Of a stretch of 64,000 bases of DNA, positions 54,978-64,000 are shown piece by piece (positions within the stretch are counted from its first letter, which is position 1; the number at the start of each line of letters is the position of its first letter). A program made the translations under genes and the position numbers. The stretch is from positions 3,118-67,117 of the forward strand of contig CAZIDF010000004.1 in the NCBI GenBank assembly GCA_964538085.1. The letters are read 5' to 3'. Under the pieces are notes generated by a model. The model was not told where the DNA came from. It did not search any database and worked only from the letters and a program-made list of their open reading frames with translations. Source of the DNA: an uncultured Eubacteriales bacterium. Its GTDB lineage: Bacteria; Acidobacteriota; Aminicenantia; Aminicenantales; Aminicenantaceae.

Positions 54978-57900
54978 ATGAATAAAAATCACGTTCTTGG
55001 CACATTCGCTACACGTCATGCCCGTTTCATCGCCTTTGTCTGTATTGCGCTATGCCTGGCTGGGATTTATTCGGCATTCAACATCCCATCATCGGTTTTT
55101 CCTCAAACAAATTTTCCCCGCGTGGTCATTCTTGTGGACAACGGCGTCATGCCTGCCGACGAAATGATGGCCACGATCACGCGGCCCATCGAAGAAGCGA
55201 TGAAAGATATTCCCGGAACGGCTACCATCCGATCGTCCACGGGGCGCGGCTCATCCGAGATCAACGTGTTTTTCACCTGGAAGGTGGATATGATCGAGTC
55301 CGAGCTCTTCGTGCTCAGCCGCCTGTCCCAGATCCGCAGTACGCTTCCTGCAACAGCCACAACGACGGTCTTCCGGTTGACTTTCTCGGCTTTTCCCATC
55401 GTGGGTGTCAGCCTCACCAGCAATAAGCGTAGTATCACCGAACTGTGGGAGATAGCTCGGTACAATCTCAAGCTTCGCTTCCTTCGTATTCCCGGCGTTG
55501 CCCGTGTCGACCTGGTTGGCGGCCGCACGCCCGAATTTCATATCGTTGCAGATCCCCTATTATTGAACGCAGCTCATCTCACACTCTCCCAGATCACAGA
55601 CGCATTGATCGATAACAATTTTGTGGCCTCAGCCGGCATGCATGAAGAAAACCACACTCTTTACTTGACTGTTGTCGATGGGAGAGTTCGCTCGATCCAG
55701 GACATTGAAAACTTCGTCGTCAAAACAGAAGATGGACATCCTTTCCGAATCAACGATGTAGCTAAAGTTGTGCGCGGTCCCGAACCGGTTTTCAATATCG
55801 TCACCGCCGATGGAGAGGATGCTGTCCTGCTCAACATCCGCAGCCAGCCCGATGGGAGCACGCTGGAAATTGCTGCGGCGCTTAAAAAACAGATAAAAGA
55901 ATTGAGGAATGAATTGCTTCCCGATTTGAAACTTGCTTTGTTTTATGACCAGTCCGAAATTGTCAAAACATCTGTCGAAGGAGTTTGGGAAGCCATTATT
56001 TTCGGTCTTTTTCTGTCCGTATTTGTTCTTTTTTCTTTTTTAAAAAATTGGGGTGCAACGCTCGTTGCGGCTATCGTGATCCCCGTAACTGTGTTGATCA
56101 CCCTTGTGTCCATGAAAATGACAGGCCTCACATTTAATTTGATGACGCTTGGAGGCATCGCTGCGGCGATCGGCATTGTCATCGACGATGCGATCGTGGT
56201 GGTGGAAGCCATCCACACCAAGTTTATATCAGGCTTAAGCCGATTTGATGCTATCCGAGAGGGGATCAGCGAAATCTTCCGGCCGCTGATCGGCTCGACT
56301 CTTACTCCCGTCGTCGTTTTTATTCCTTTGGCATTCCTTCTTGGAATCACCGGCGTATTCTTCCGCGCCCTTGCCATAACTATGGTCGTATCGCTGCTGA
56401 CATCGCTTATCCTGGCGGTCACGCTGACGCCATCGCTGGCAGCCTTGTTCATTCGAATACGCAAAGGAGCCAAACCCAAGCCATTCGCTGAACAAGGCGG
56501 CTTTTTGCTCCGCCGTTTGATCCGGATTTACGAAATGGCTGTTCGCCCTGCACTCCGGCATCGCTGGCTCACTATGGGCGTCTGCGGCCTTGTGTTTTTA
56601 ACAGGAGTTTTGATCTATAGCCGGCTCGACAGTGAATTTCTTCCCCCGATGGATGAGGGCGGATTCGTGATCGATTATTTCACTCCGCCGGGGACAAGTC
56701 TCTCGGAAACGGATCGCCAGCTCTTGCAGGCGGAGAAGATTTTGAGATCGATTCCAGAAGTCGAAAGCTATTCACGCCGCACAGGAGCCAGGCTTGCCCT
56801 AGCTATTGCCGAACCTAACACCGGCGATTTTCTTGTCAAGCTGAAAACCCGCCGCAAACGTAAAACCGAAGATGTGATCTCCGAATTACGAAGGAGATTC
56901 AACACGGAACTGCCCGGCTTGAATTGGGAATTCCCCGGGATTCTGAGCGACCTGATCGGAGACCTGATGTGGGCGCCTCAACCCATCGAAGTGAAGCTTT
57001 TTTCGACCGACACGGAATGGCTCAAGAAAAAAGCACCCGAGGTTGAAGCCCAGTTGAAAAAAACCCAAGGCGTCGTGGACACGTTTGACGGGTTGGTTTA
57101 TACCGGACCGACCATCAGCTTCCACGTGCGTACAGTTGATGCACAACGATTCGGACTAACGGTTAATGATATTGCCCAGACACTCAACACAGCCATGCTG
57201 GGTCAGACGGCTTCTTGGGTTCTCGAAGGAGATCGAGTGGTGGATATCAGGGTGAAAGTTGACCCCGGACGACTCGATCGACTGGCCAGACTCAGGGAAC
57301 TGTCTTTACGGACCCCAGAAGGCTCGCTCATTAAGTTGTCGCAAGTGGCGGATGTTGTCGAGGAACCGGGGAAGCTCGAACTCAGGCGTGAAGACCAGCG
57401 GCAGGACGTCGCCATAACCGCACGCCTCGAAGGCCGCGATATGGGAAGCGCTATGCGCGAGATCAGCGACATACTGAGCAAGGATAAATCCATTCCCCCG
57501 GGAACAATCGAATACGGAGGGCTCTACGAGCAGCAACAGGAATCTTTCCGTAACCTCTTGATTGTACTGCTTATGGCGATCTTTCTGGTCTTCACTGTGT
57601 TGCTGCTTGAATTCGGTTCCTTTTACGAACCCGTATCTATCGTTTTTGGCTCGTTACTGGCTATGTTCGGAACAATCCTGGCCCTGCGGCTAACGGGAAC
57701 GTCACTCAACGTGGTTTCTTTTCTCGGAGCGATCATCGGTGTCGGGATTGTGGCCAAAAATGGAATTTTGATGCTGGATTTCGTCAAGGTCTTGCGTTCC
57801 GAAAAGTTCTCATTGGAGGAAGCTCTGGTGCAATCGGGCCGACGCCGATTGCGTCCTGTTTTGATGACATCCATGACGACAGTCATCGGAATGTTGCCTC

Positions 57901-58052
57901 TGGCCTATGGTATCGGCTCAGGGGCAGATATGCTGAAACCTCTGGCTATCGCTGTTATCGGAGCTCTCTTCATATCGGTCTTCCTCTCACTCATAGCTAC
58001 GCCGACGGTTTATTTCCTCCTCGTGCACCTATTCAGGAAAACAAAAGACTGA
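54978..58052 (+). CDS. RND efflux permease with canonical TM4 Asp-Asp / TM10 Lys relay
   Basis: 1024 aa, starting 1 nt after the MFP stop. TM4 reads GGIAAAIGIVIDDAIVVVEA and TM10 reads GAIIGVGIVAKNGILMLDF. Confidence 0.9.
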   Translation: MNKNHVLGTFATRHARFIAFVCIALCLAGIYSAFNIPSSVFPQTNFPRVVILVDNGVMPADEMMATITRPIEEAMKDIPGTATIRSSTGRGSSEINVFFTWKVDMIESELFVLSRLSQIRSTLPATATTTVFRLTFSAFPIVGVSLTSNKRSITELWEIARYNLKLRFLRIPGVARVDLVGGRTPEFHIVADPLLLNAAHLTLSQITDALIDNNFVASAGMHEENHTLYLTVVDGRVRSIQDIENFVVKTEDGHPFRINDVAKVVRGPEPVFNIVTADGEDAVLLNIRSQPDGSTLEIAAALKKQIKELRNELLPDLKLALFYDQSEIVKTSVEGVWEAIIFGLFLSVFVLFSFLKNWGATLVAAIVIPVTVLITLVSMKMTGLTFNLMTLGGIAAAIGIVIDDAIVVVEAIHTKFISGLSRFDAIREGISEIFRPLIGSTLTPVVVFIPLAFLLGITGVFFRALAITMVVSLLTSLILAVTLTPSLAALFIRIRKGAKPKPFAEQGGFLLRRLIRIYEMAVRPALRHRWLTMGVCGLVFLTGVLIYSRLDSEFLPPMDEGGFVIDYFTPPGTSLSETDRQLLQAEKILRSIPEVESYSRRTGARLALAIAEPNTGDFLVKLKTRRKRKTEDVISELRRRFNTELPGLNWEFPGILSDLIGDLMWAPQPIEVKLFSTDTEWLKKKAPEVEAQLKKTQGVVDTFDGLVYTGPTISFHVRTVDAQRFGLTVNDIAQTLNTAMLGQTASWVLEGDRVVDIRVKVDPGRLDRLARLRELSLRTPEGSLIKLSQVADVVEEPGKLELRREDQRQDVAITARLEGRDMGSAMREISDILSKDKSIPPGTIEYGGLYEQQQESFRNLLIVLLMAIFLVFTVLLLEFGSFYEPVSIVFGSLLAMFGTILALRLTGTSLNVVSFLGAIIGVGIVAKNGILMLDFVKVLRSEKFSLEEALVQSGRRRLRPVLMTSMTTVIGMLPLAYGIGSGADMLKPLAIAVIGALFISVFLSLIATPTVYFLLVHLFRKTKD

Positions 58053-58111
58053 TATGGTGAAACCGGACTCCAAGAGAAAAGAATCCGCTCCTTCTATGGC
58101 GATAGTGCGGC

Positions 58112-59146
58112 TTATTTCAGGAATTCTAGCACCATGAACGTGCCAGGAATGACAGGGGACCTGGGCCGCGGCCGCTCCTTGGTGGGCTCCGGGGCCTGAC
58201 CGAATTCCGCCGTCACGACGAAGACATGGTGCGTTTTGGGATCAAGTTCCATGGTTCGGGCACCACGGGCCGTCGGGACAGTTTCGACAACCGTGTACTT
58301 GTCCGGCGATTCTTGCTTGACCACGGTCAAGGTTCCCTCGCCATTCGAAGCGAAGACCAATCCGGTCTCGGGATCATAACGAACAGCGTCAGGACCGTGG
58401 CCGATCGGGACCGTCGCGATGACTTTTCCATTGACGAAATCCGAAACGACCAAAACCTCGTCGCAGACGCTGAATAGACGCTTGCCCTTGAGGTCGATGG
58501 CCAGCCCGCTCGGACCTTCACCGGGCGCGATCGACCATCGTTTCTTGACCTCGAGAGACTTCGCGTCGAAAGCGACGATTTCGCTCGTGTCCTCATTGTT
58601 AACGAAGATCGTGCCCTTGCCGTCCGTGACGGCGAATTCAGGCTTGCCGCCGATATCGACCGTCCCGACGACTTTGTTCGTAGCGGCATCGATGGCCGTC
58701 GCGTTCGCCGTTCGGCCGTTGAACGTGAAGACTCGGTCCGAGAAAGAGTCGTACATGATGGAGTCGGGATTCTCGCCCGATGATGGAACCTCTTCCAGGA
58801 CCTTGTGAGTCTTGAGGTCAAAGATGGAAACGGAGTTGCCCCGCCCGTTGGATACATATCCTCGGTTTCTTTCTGGAGCGAAGGCCACCCCATGAGCACC
58901 CTGGAGATCAGAGATAGGCTCCCCCTTGACGCCGGTGTCGATATTCAGAATCTCGACAGCGTTGCCGTGTGTCACGTAGAGGAGGCGTGTTTGACCGTCC
59001 AGCGCCATGTAATCCCATCCGCCCTCACCGCCAAGCACATGCTTCTTGAGCAGATGATAGCCGCCCGGATTTTGCGCCTGAGCGACCGCAAAACTCAACA
59101 GCGCCATTGTCCAAAGGAAGAGCAGACCGATACGAAAAGCTTTCAT
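58112..59146 (-). CDS. YncE/YVTN-type beta-propeller repeat protein (secreted)
   Basis: 344 aa with a signal peptide (LLFLWTMALLSFAVAQA). It has repeated roughly 40-aa units with YVTHGN, YVSNGRGNSVSIFD, IFVNNEDT and VFASNGEGT. Confidence 0.75.
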   Translation of the reverse strand: MKAFRIGLLFLWTMALLSFAVAQAQNPGGYHLLKKHVLGGEGGWDYMALDGQTRLLYVTHGNAVEILNIDTGVKGEPISDLQGAHGVAFAPERNRGYVSNGRGNSVSIFDLKTHKVLEEVPSSGENPDSIMYDSFSDRVFTFNGRTANATAIDAATNKVVGTVDIGGKPEFAVTDGKGTIFVNNEDTSEIVAFDAKSLEVKKRWSIAPGEGPSGLAIDLKGKRLFSVCDEVLVVSDFVNGKVIATVPIGHGPDAVRYDPETGLVFASNGEGTLTVVKQESPDKYTVVETVPTARGARTMELDPKTHHVFVVTAEFGQAPEPTKERPRPRSPVIPGTFMVLEFLK

Positions 59147-59230
59147 TTCAATTGCACCTCTTTTTGTATTCTACTCTCCCGTTCAGTACCGCGCAATAGC
59201 CGGAGCGAAGGTCATAAGCCTGTGGCCAGA

Positions 59231-59278
59231 TCAACGCTTTCGACCTCGTAGCACATCACGTCTTTTTGAAAGCGTTGA
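59231..59278. repeat. 11-bp perfect inverted repeat with 26-nt spacer
   Basis: TCAACGCTTTC (59231-41) and GAAAGCGTTGA (59268-78), in the divergent intergenic region between the propeller gene and uvrA. Confidence 0.7.
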
Positions 59279-59322
59279 GGAAGGCGCCAGGGAGGATTCT
59301 TCTCCAGCGGGGGGATGACTGG

Positions 59323-59351
59323 TTCTCACTTTAGGAAAACCATTGTATAAT
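59323..59351 (+). promoter_or_regulatory. Candidate sigma70-type promoter for uvrA
   Basis: TTCTCA (59323-28), a 17-nt spacer, then TATAAT (59346-51), 38 nt before the ATG at 59389. Confidence 0.4.
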
Positions 59352-59388
59352 AGGTGTTTTCAAATAAAGAAAACATGGAATTGACACG

Positions 59389-62097
59389 ATGAAACAAGTC
59401 ATCGCCCTCAGGGGCGTCCGGGTCCACAACTTAAAAAACATCGACCTGGATATACCCATGGATAAATTGATCATCGTCACCGGGGTGTCAGGGTCTGGCA
59501 AATCTTCACTAGCCTTCGATACCCTTTACGCCGAGGGACAACGACGGTACATCGAGTCCCTATCCTCCTATGCCCGACAATTCCTGGAGAGGATGGAAAA
59601 ACCTGAGGCTGAACGCATCGAAGGCATCCCTCCCGCGATCGCCATTCAACAAAAAGCCGTCACCAAAAATCCCCGCTCCACCGTGGCCACGGTGACGGAA
59701 ATTTACGATTTTTTGCGTGTCCTTTTTGCCCGGATCGGGGTGGTTCACTGCCAGAAATGCGGCCAACCTGTCCAGAGGGACACGATCGATGCCATCGTGG
59801 AAAAATTGCACACGTTGCCTCTTCAAACCAAGATCTGGATCTCCTTCCCCTGGCCCCTTAAAAAAGGGCTTGAGGATTTACAGAAGGATGGGTATCACCG
59901 GCTCATCCATCGAGGGGAAATCGTTCCCCTGGATTTGGCCAAAGACAAAAAAAGCCAAAACTTGGATGTGCTCGTGGACCGATTGACCCTGGACGAGGAG
60001 GAACGGGACCGCCTTGTCGACTCCTTGGAGATCGGGATGAAAAAGGGAGACGGGAAGGTCAGAGTTCAAACAGAAGAAGGAAAGAAATTCCTTTTCTCTT
60101 CGAGACTGGAGTGCAAAAAATGCGATATCCTTTACGAAGAGCCTTTTCCCAACCTCTTCTCCTTCAATAGCCCCCAGGGTGCCTGCCCCCAATGCCACGG
60201 ATTCGGGGACCTGGCGGTCCTGGACGAAGACAAGGTCATTCCCGACAAGGACAAATCGCTCGAGGAAGGAGCTGTGGAGCCCTGGACAAAACCCGTATCC
60301 CGCAGGAGGATGAGAAGGCTGATCGCAGAGGCCCAGGAACTGGGAATCCCCACCGATGTTCCCTTCCAGGATCTTAAAAAAAAATGGAAGGCGCTGATCA
60401 TCGAAGGAGGCCCCGGAATTCACAGCGTCCAGGATTTTTTCGACAGGCTCCAGAGGAAAAAATACAAGGTGCAGGTGAGGGTTTTTCTCGCCCGCTACAG
60501 AAAATATGTCCCCTGCCCGGATTGCCACCAGATGCGGCTCAACCCCCAGGCCTTGAGTGTTAAAATCTTGGGGCTGCATATCGGTGAAGTCGTCCAAAAA
60601 ACCGTCCGGCATGCCTCGGAGTTTTTCCAGGAGCTGCCCCTTTCTTCCTTCCAAAAACAGGTGGCTGAAAAACTGGTCGCCGAGATCCAGAACAGGCTTA
60701 AGTTTTTACTGGAAGTCGGGCTGGATTACATCACACTGGACCGGATGACCTTCACCCTGAGCGGTGGAGAAGCCCAGCGGATCAACCTTGCAGCCGCCTT
60801 GAGTGCTTCCCTGGTGGGAACCCTTTTTGTGCTGGACGAACCCAGTATCGGGCTACATGCCCGCGACAACCAGCGGCTGGTCGCCATCCTCAAATCCCTC
60901 AAGGAGATCGGGAACACTGTGCTGGTCGTTGAACACGATCCCGATATAATTAAATCCGCCGAATATCTCATCGATCTGGGACCTCGCGCTGGAGAAGCAG
61001 GGGGAGAGATCGTGTACTCGGGTCCCATGAAGGATTTTCTGAAATATCCAGGATCTCTCACAGCAGACTATCTGAGAGGGGAAAAAAAGATAAAAATTCC
61101 GGATAAAAGACGAAAACCAGAATCTTTTTTGACCATCCAAGATGCTCATAAACACAATCTCCACCATCTCGACATCCAGATCCCCCTGAACATTTTCACC
61201 TGCGTCACCGGGGTTTCCGGATCGGGCAAAAGCACCCTCCTGCACGACGTCCTTTATTTGGGTTGGCAGGGAAAATCAACCGATGGTTTCCGTGAAATCG
61301 GGGGGGCAGAAAACCTGGACAAAATCCTGATGGTAGACCAGTCCCCTTTGAGCACATCCCCCCGGTCCATTCCTGCCACCTACACCAAAGCCATGGATGA
61401 TATCCGGGTTCTGTTCAGCCAAACAAGGGAAGCCAGGACCATGGGATACAAGCCTGGCCAATTTTCTTTTAACACCGCAGGGGGACGCTGCGAGGAATGC
61501 AAAGGGGCTGGCCAGCTAATTGTGGAGATGCAGTTTCTTTCTGACATCATCCTGACCTGCGAGGCATGCAAAGGACGGAGATTCCAGGATGAAATCCTGG
61601 ATATTCAATACAAGGGCAAAAACGTCAGCGATGTTTTGGGGATGAGCATCACCCAAGCCTGCGATTTTTTTGCTGAAAACCCCAAGATCCTCAAAAAACT
61701 ATCCCCGCTTATCGAAGTGGGTCTCGGATATCTCAGACTGGGACAGCCCACCACGACCTTATCCGGCGGGGAGCTCCAGCGGATCAAATTAGCCCACAAC
61801 CTCGTGCATCAAAGGGCCAAAAAGATCCTTTATCTTTTCGATGAACCCACCATCGGCCTTCATCCGGATGACATCTCCGTTCTTCTCCAAACTTTCCAGA
61901 AGCTGGTGGACCACGGGCACACCGTCGTTGTCATCGAACACAACATGGATGTGATCAAATGCGCTGACCACATCATCGACCTGGGGCCTGAAGGCGGGGA
62001 AAAGGGTGGCCGAGTTGTGGCCAAAGGCACTCCTGAACAGGTCGTACAATCCAAAAAATCCCACACCGCCCGCTTCCTCCGCAAGTACCTCGCATGA
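59389..62097 (+). CDS. uvrA: Excinuclease ABC subunit A family protein (compact UvrA)
   Basis: 902 aa. It has two ABC modules ([24 protein letters not shown]; [16 protein letters not shown]) and Zn-finger Cys pairs (CQKCG, CKKC...CPQCHG, CEECKG...CEACKG). Confidence 0.88.
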   Translation: MKQVIALRGVRVHNLKNIDLDIPMDKLIIVTGVSGSGKSSLAFDTLYAEGQRRYIESLSSYARQFLERMEKPEAERIEGIPPAIAIQQKAVTKNPRSTVATVTEIYDFLRVLFARIGVVHCQKCGQPVQRDTIDAIVEKLHTLPLQTKIWISFPWPLKKGLEDLQKDGYHRLIHRGEIVPLDLAKDKKSQNLDVLVDRLTLDEEERDRLVDSLEIGMKKGDGKVRVQTEEGKKFLFSSRLECKKCDILYEEPFPNLFSFNSPQGACPQCHGFGDLAVLDEDKVIPDKDKSLEEGAVEPWTKPVSRRRMRRLIAEAQELGIPTDVPFQDLKKKWKALIIEGGPGIHSVQDFFDRLQRKKYKVQVRVFLARYRKYVPCPDCHQMRLNPQALSVKILGLHIGEVVQKTVRHASEFFQELPLSSFQKQVAEKLVAEIQNRLKFLLEVGLDYITLDRMTFTLSGGEAQRINLAAALSASLVGTLFVLDEPSIGLHARDNQRLVAILKSLKEIGNTVLVVEHDPDIIKSAEYLIDLGPRAGEAGGEIVYSGPMKDFLKYPGSLTADYLRGEKKIKIPDKRRKPESFLTIQDAHKHNLHHLDIQIPLNIFTCVTGVSGSGKSTLLHDVLYLGWQGKSTDGFREIGGAENLDKILMVDQSPLSTSPRSIPATYTKAMDDIRVLFSQTREARTMGYKPGQFSFNTAGGRCEECKGAGQLIVEMQFLSDIILTCEACKGRRFQDEILDIQYKGKNVSDVLGMSITQACDFFAENPKILKKLSPLIEVGLGYLRLGQPTTTLSGGELQRIKLAHNLVHQRAKKILYLFDEPTIGLHPDDISVLLQTFQKLVDHGHTVVVIEHNMDVIKCADHIIDLGPEGGEKGGRVVAKGTPEQVVQSKKSHTARFLRKYLA

Positions 62098-62148
62098 GTT
62101 GACATAAAAAGGCGGTGGTGATATTGTCTCTTGGGTAAAGCGCGCCTG

Positions 62149-63567
62149 ATGGACACATACGGTTGGATTTCCATCCTTCCCCCTCTTCTGGCCATTTTTC
62201 TGGCCATCAAAACCAAACATGTTTACATTTCGCTGGTTTTGGGTATCTGGCTGGGCTGGACCATCATTCACGGGTGGAATCCGTTGGCGGGAATCATCCA
62301 GGCGGTCAATGCCCTGGTCGCTGTTTTCCAGGATACGGACAACACACGGGTAGTGCTTTTCAGCGCCCTGATCGGCGCTGTCATCACCTTCACGCAGCGC
62401 TCGGGAGGCATGAAGGGATTCGTCAACTGGGTGGTGGGAAAAGGACTGGTCCGTACCCACCGGTCCGCCGGCCTCCTTGCCTGGTTTTTGGGGTTTATCA
62501 TTTTCATCGAATCCAGCATCTGTGTTCTCGTTTCGGGGGCTGTCTGCCGCCCGATATTCGACAAACTCAAGGTCTCGCGTGAAAAACTGAGCTACATCCT
62601 GGACTCCACCTCCGCCCCCAAGTGCATTCTCATCCCGTTGAATGCCTGGGGAGCTTTTGTCATCGGACTTCTGGCAGTTCAGAAGATGGAAAACCCGGTA
62701 CGGGTACTGGTTTCCTCGATGCCGTTCAATTTTTACGCCATTACCGCTCTGCTTTTAGTGTTGTTCGTGGTCATAACCCAGAAGGACATCGGGCCGATGA
62801 AAAAAGCCGAGATTCGGGTGAAAAAAGAAAACAAGCTCCTAAGAGACGGAGCCGAGCCTTTGATCGCAGACGATGTAGTGATGATGGAAGAAAAGCCTGG
62901 CGTGACACCCCGGGCGATCAACATGCTGATCCCGGTGATCACGATGGTCGTGGCCATGCCTATCGTCCTGATCATCACCGGCAAGGGAAACCTGATGGAG
63001 GGTTCTGGCTCCCTATCCGTCCTCTGGGCCGTTATCCTTGGCTTGATGGCAGGCGCCATAGCCTACAGGGTTCAGGGCATCATGCGGACCAAGGAGATAA
63101 CGGATATCTTCATGAAGGGAGTGGGGGGTCTGGTTCCCCTGGCGAGCTTGATGATCTTGGCTTTTGCCATCGGAGATACCTGCGATGCTCTGGGCACAGG
63201 TCCGTTTGTGGCGCAGGCCGCCAAAGCCGCGCTCAACCCTGGCATCATCCCCACCGTTCTTTTCCTGATCTCCTGTTTCATCGCCTTTTCCACCGGCACG
63301 TCCTGGGGAACGTTCGCCATCATGATCCCGATAGCCGTCCCGATCATCCGTATTGTCGGCCTCCATCCGGGCCTGGTAATCGCGGCTGTGCTGGGAGGAG
63401 GGGTGTTCGGCGACCACTGTTCTCCGATATCCGACACCACGATCATCTCCTCGATGGCCTCAGCCAGCGACCATATCGACCATGTTCGCACACAACTCCC
63501 GTATGCCCTGATCGCGGCCGGCATCTCTTTATTTCTTTTTATCGTGTTCGGGTATGTCTTATCATAA
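62149..63567 (+). CDS. nhaC: Na+/H+ antiporter NhaC family protein
   Basis: The start is at MDTYGWISILPPLLAIFLAIKTK (the ORF-track start at 62131 is a TTG). It is a multi-TM protein with SPISDTTI near the C-terminus, typical of the NhaC family. Confidence 0.8.
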   Translation: MDTYGWISILPPLLAIFLAIKTKHVYISLVLGIWLGWTIIHGWNPLAGIIQAVNALVAVFQDTDNTRVVLFSALIGAVITFTQRSGGMKGFVNWVVGKGLVRTHRSAGLLAWFLGFIIFIESSICVLVSGAVCRPIFDKLKVSREKLSYILDSTSAPKCILIPLNAWGAFVIGLLAVQKMENPVRVLVSSMPFNFYAITALLLVLFVVITQKDIGPMKKAEIRVKKENKLLRDGAEPLIADDVVMMEEKPGVTPRAINMLIPVITMVVAMPIVLIITGKGNLMEGSGSLSVLWAVILGLMAGAIAYRVQGIMRTKEITDIFMKGVGGLVPLASLMILAFAIGDTCDALGTGPFVAQAAKAALNPGIIPTVLFLISCFIAFSTGTSWGTFAIMIPIAVPIIRIVGLHPGLVIAAVLGGGVFGDHCSPISDTTIISSMASASDHIDHVRTQLPYALIAAGISLFLFIVFGYVLS

Positions 63568-63620
63568 AATAAACAAACCAACGCCCCCGGTCAGCGGGCA
63601 TTTTTAAGGGATTGGGAGAT

Positions 63621-63746
63621 ATGCTCAGCAACCTGGAGAAGGAGGATGCGGCTCTTCTGTATTATAAAAAAGCCTTGAGCCAAAACCGGAAACTGGAAGA
63701 TGTCCGTAAAAAAATCAAGGCGCTCGAAAAAGAGAGGAAAAAATGA
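63621..63746 (+). CDS. Possible 41-aa TPR-fragment-like miniprotein
   Basis: ATG at 63621; the frame is open from 63573. The sequence is MLSNLEKEDAALLYYKKALSQNRKLEDVRKKIKALEKERKK. Its stop overlaps the next start (ATGA). It could be a non-coding leader. Confidence 0.25.
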   Translation: MLSNLEKEDAALLYYKKALSQNRKLEDVRKKIKALEKERKK

Positions 63747-64000
63747 AGGAAACGATCGGCGATCTTTTCCAAAAAGAGACAAAATATTCCCGGGGGAAGC
63801 TTTCCGGCCGCCAACTAAACTGGAACAAAAAACCCAAAACCTACAAGCATTATCCGGAAGCTCCCAAAGTCCAGCTGGAAACACCTTCGCACGATGGAGG
63901 AGAATCCCTATGGACAGCCATTGCCAAGCGACGGAGCGTCCGGAATTTCAAGGACGCCGCCCTTACGACACAAGATCTTTCCCGACTCCTATGGGCTACC
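63743..64000 (+). CDS. SagB/ThcOx-type nitroreductase family protein (5' part, runs off the window)
   Basis: It is not in the ORF track because there is no stop before the window ends. The translation is MKETIGDLFQKETKYSRGKL...LWTAIAKRRSVRNFKDAALTTQDLSRLLWAT. The KRRSVRNF plus LLWA pattern is the nitroreductase N-terminal signature. Confidence 0.6.
   Translation, partial: MKETIGDLFQKETKYSRGKLSGRQLNWNKKPKTYKHYPEAPKVQLETPSHDGGESLWTAIAKRRSVRNFKDAALTTQDLSRLLWAT

Noticed and set aside
59231-59278. SOS (LexA) box upstream of uvrA.
   Set aside because: The inverted repeat does not match any LexA consensus I know, and its 26-nt spacer is atypical. It is reported only as an unexplained inverted repeat.
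62622-63572. 316-aa ORF on the same strand as nhaC, in an alternative frame.
   Set aside because: The translation is Arg/Gly/His/Pro-rich nonsense. The nhaC frame gives a coherent multi-TM transporter.
1-64000. Scanned intergenic regions for tRNA/rRNA genes, CRISPR repeats, IS elements or integrases, toxin-antitoxin pairs and known defence genes.
   Set aside because: Nothing recognisable was found by eye. The only gaps longer than about 200 nt are 39613-40530, 53426-53905 and 59147-59388. None shows direct repeats or cloverleaf-like sequences. A tRNAscan/Infernal/PADLOC run would be needed for certainty.

Overview
This is a densely packed, mostly co-directional chromosomal segment. It looks like an uncultured diderm bacterium, given a TonB-dependent receptor, a TolC-type outer membrane factor, Tat export and lipoprotein-type signals. 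By eye I found no rRNA, tRNA, CRISPR array, transposase, integrase or recognisable defence island.

Gene content, left to right:
- purE-purD-SHMT-like-rpiB and an S41 peptidase (minus strand).
- A long plus-strand array: tatA-tatC-DUF362-aldehyde dehydrogenase-NMP-kinase-like-dCMP deaminase-double-SIS protein-DUF1343.
- A complete nine-gene V/A-type ATPase operon (G/H-I-K-E-C-F-A-B-D, minus strand), preceded by an uncharacterised repeat protein.
- queC-queD-queE, a DMT transporter and queF.
- An Fe-S / radical-SAM four-gene operon.
- ilvE, a DUF123 protein and trmO.
- An active/inactive M16 peptidase pair.
- A translationally coupled DUF2961(GH172)-toroid-SGNH trio.
- A decarboxylase coupled to a B3/4-domain protein.
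- A roughly 500-nt AT-rich non-coding region, then a cobalamin riboswitch and a TonB-dependent receptor.
- A small CxxC protein plus a TolC/MFP/RND (heavy-metal type) operon.
- An isoprenoid-synthase-fold orphan.
- A DUF3311-SSS-M20-MntP operon.
- A second MFP/RND pair, a YncE-type propeller, uvrA, nhaC and a partial SagB-type nitroreductase.

The most novelty-prone items are:
1. The IscU-like / 8-Cys miniprotein / radical SAM / Cys-rich operon.
2. A membrane-anchored GKRP/MurQ-like double-SIS protein next to a DUF1343 homolog.
3. An RND pump whose TM4/TM10 charged residues appear swapped relative to the canonical pump in the same window.
4. A solenoid-like repeat protein heading the V-ATPase operon, whose K subunit carries the Na+-binding signature.
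5. The GH172-toroid-SGNH trio.
6. A promoter-plus-hairpin unit in the long intergenic region.

All family assignments come from motif recognition by eye and from memory. No database search, alignment or folding was run. Start codons were refined from the ORF track only where a Shine-Dalgarno sequence, an overlap or a homolog N-terminus supported the change.
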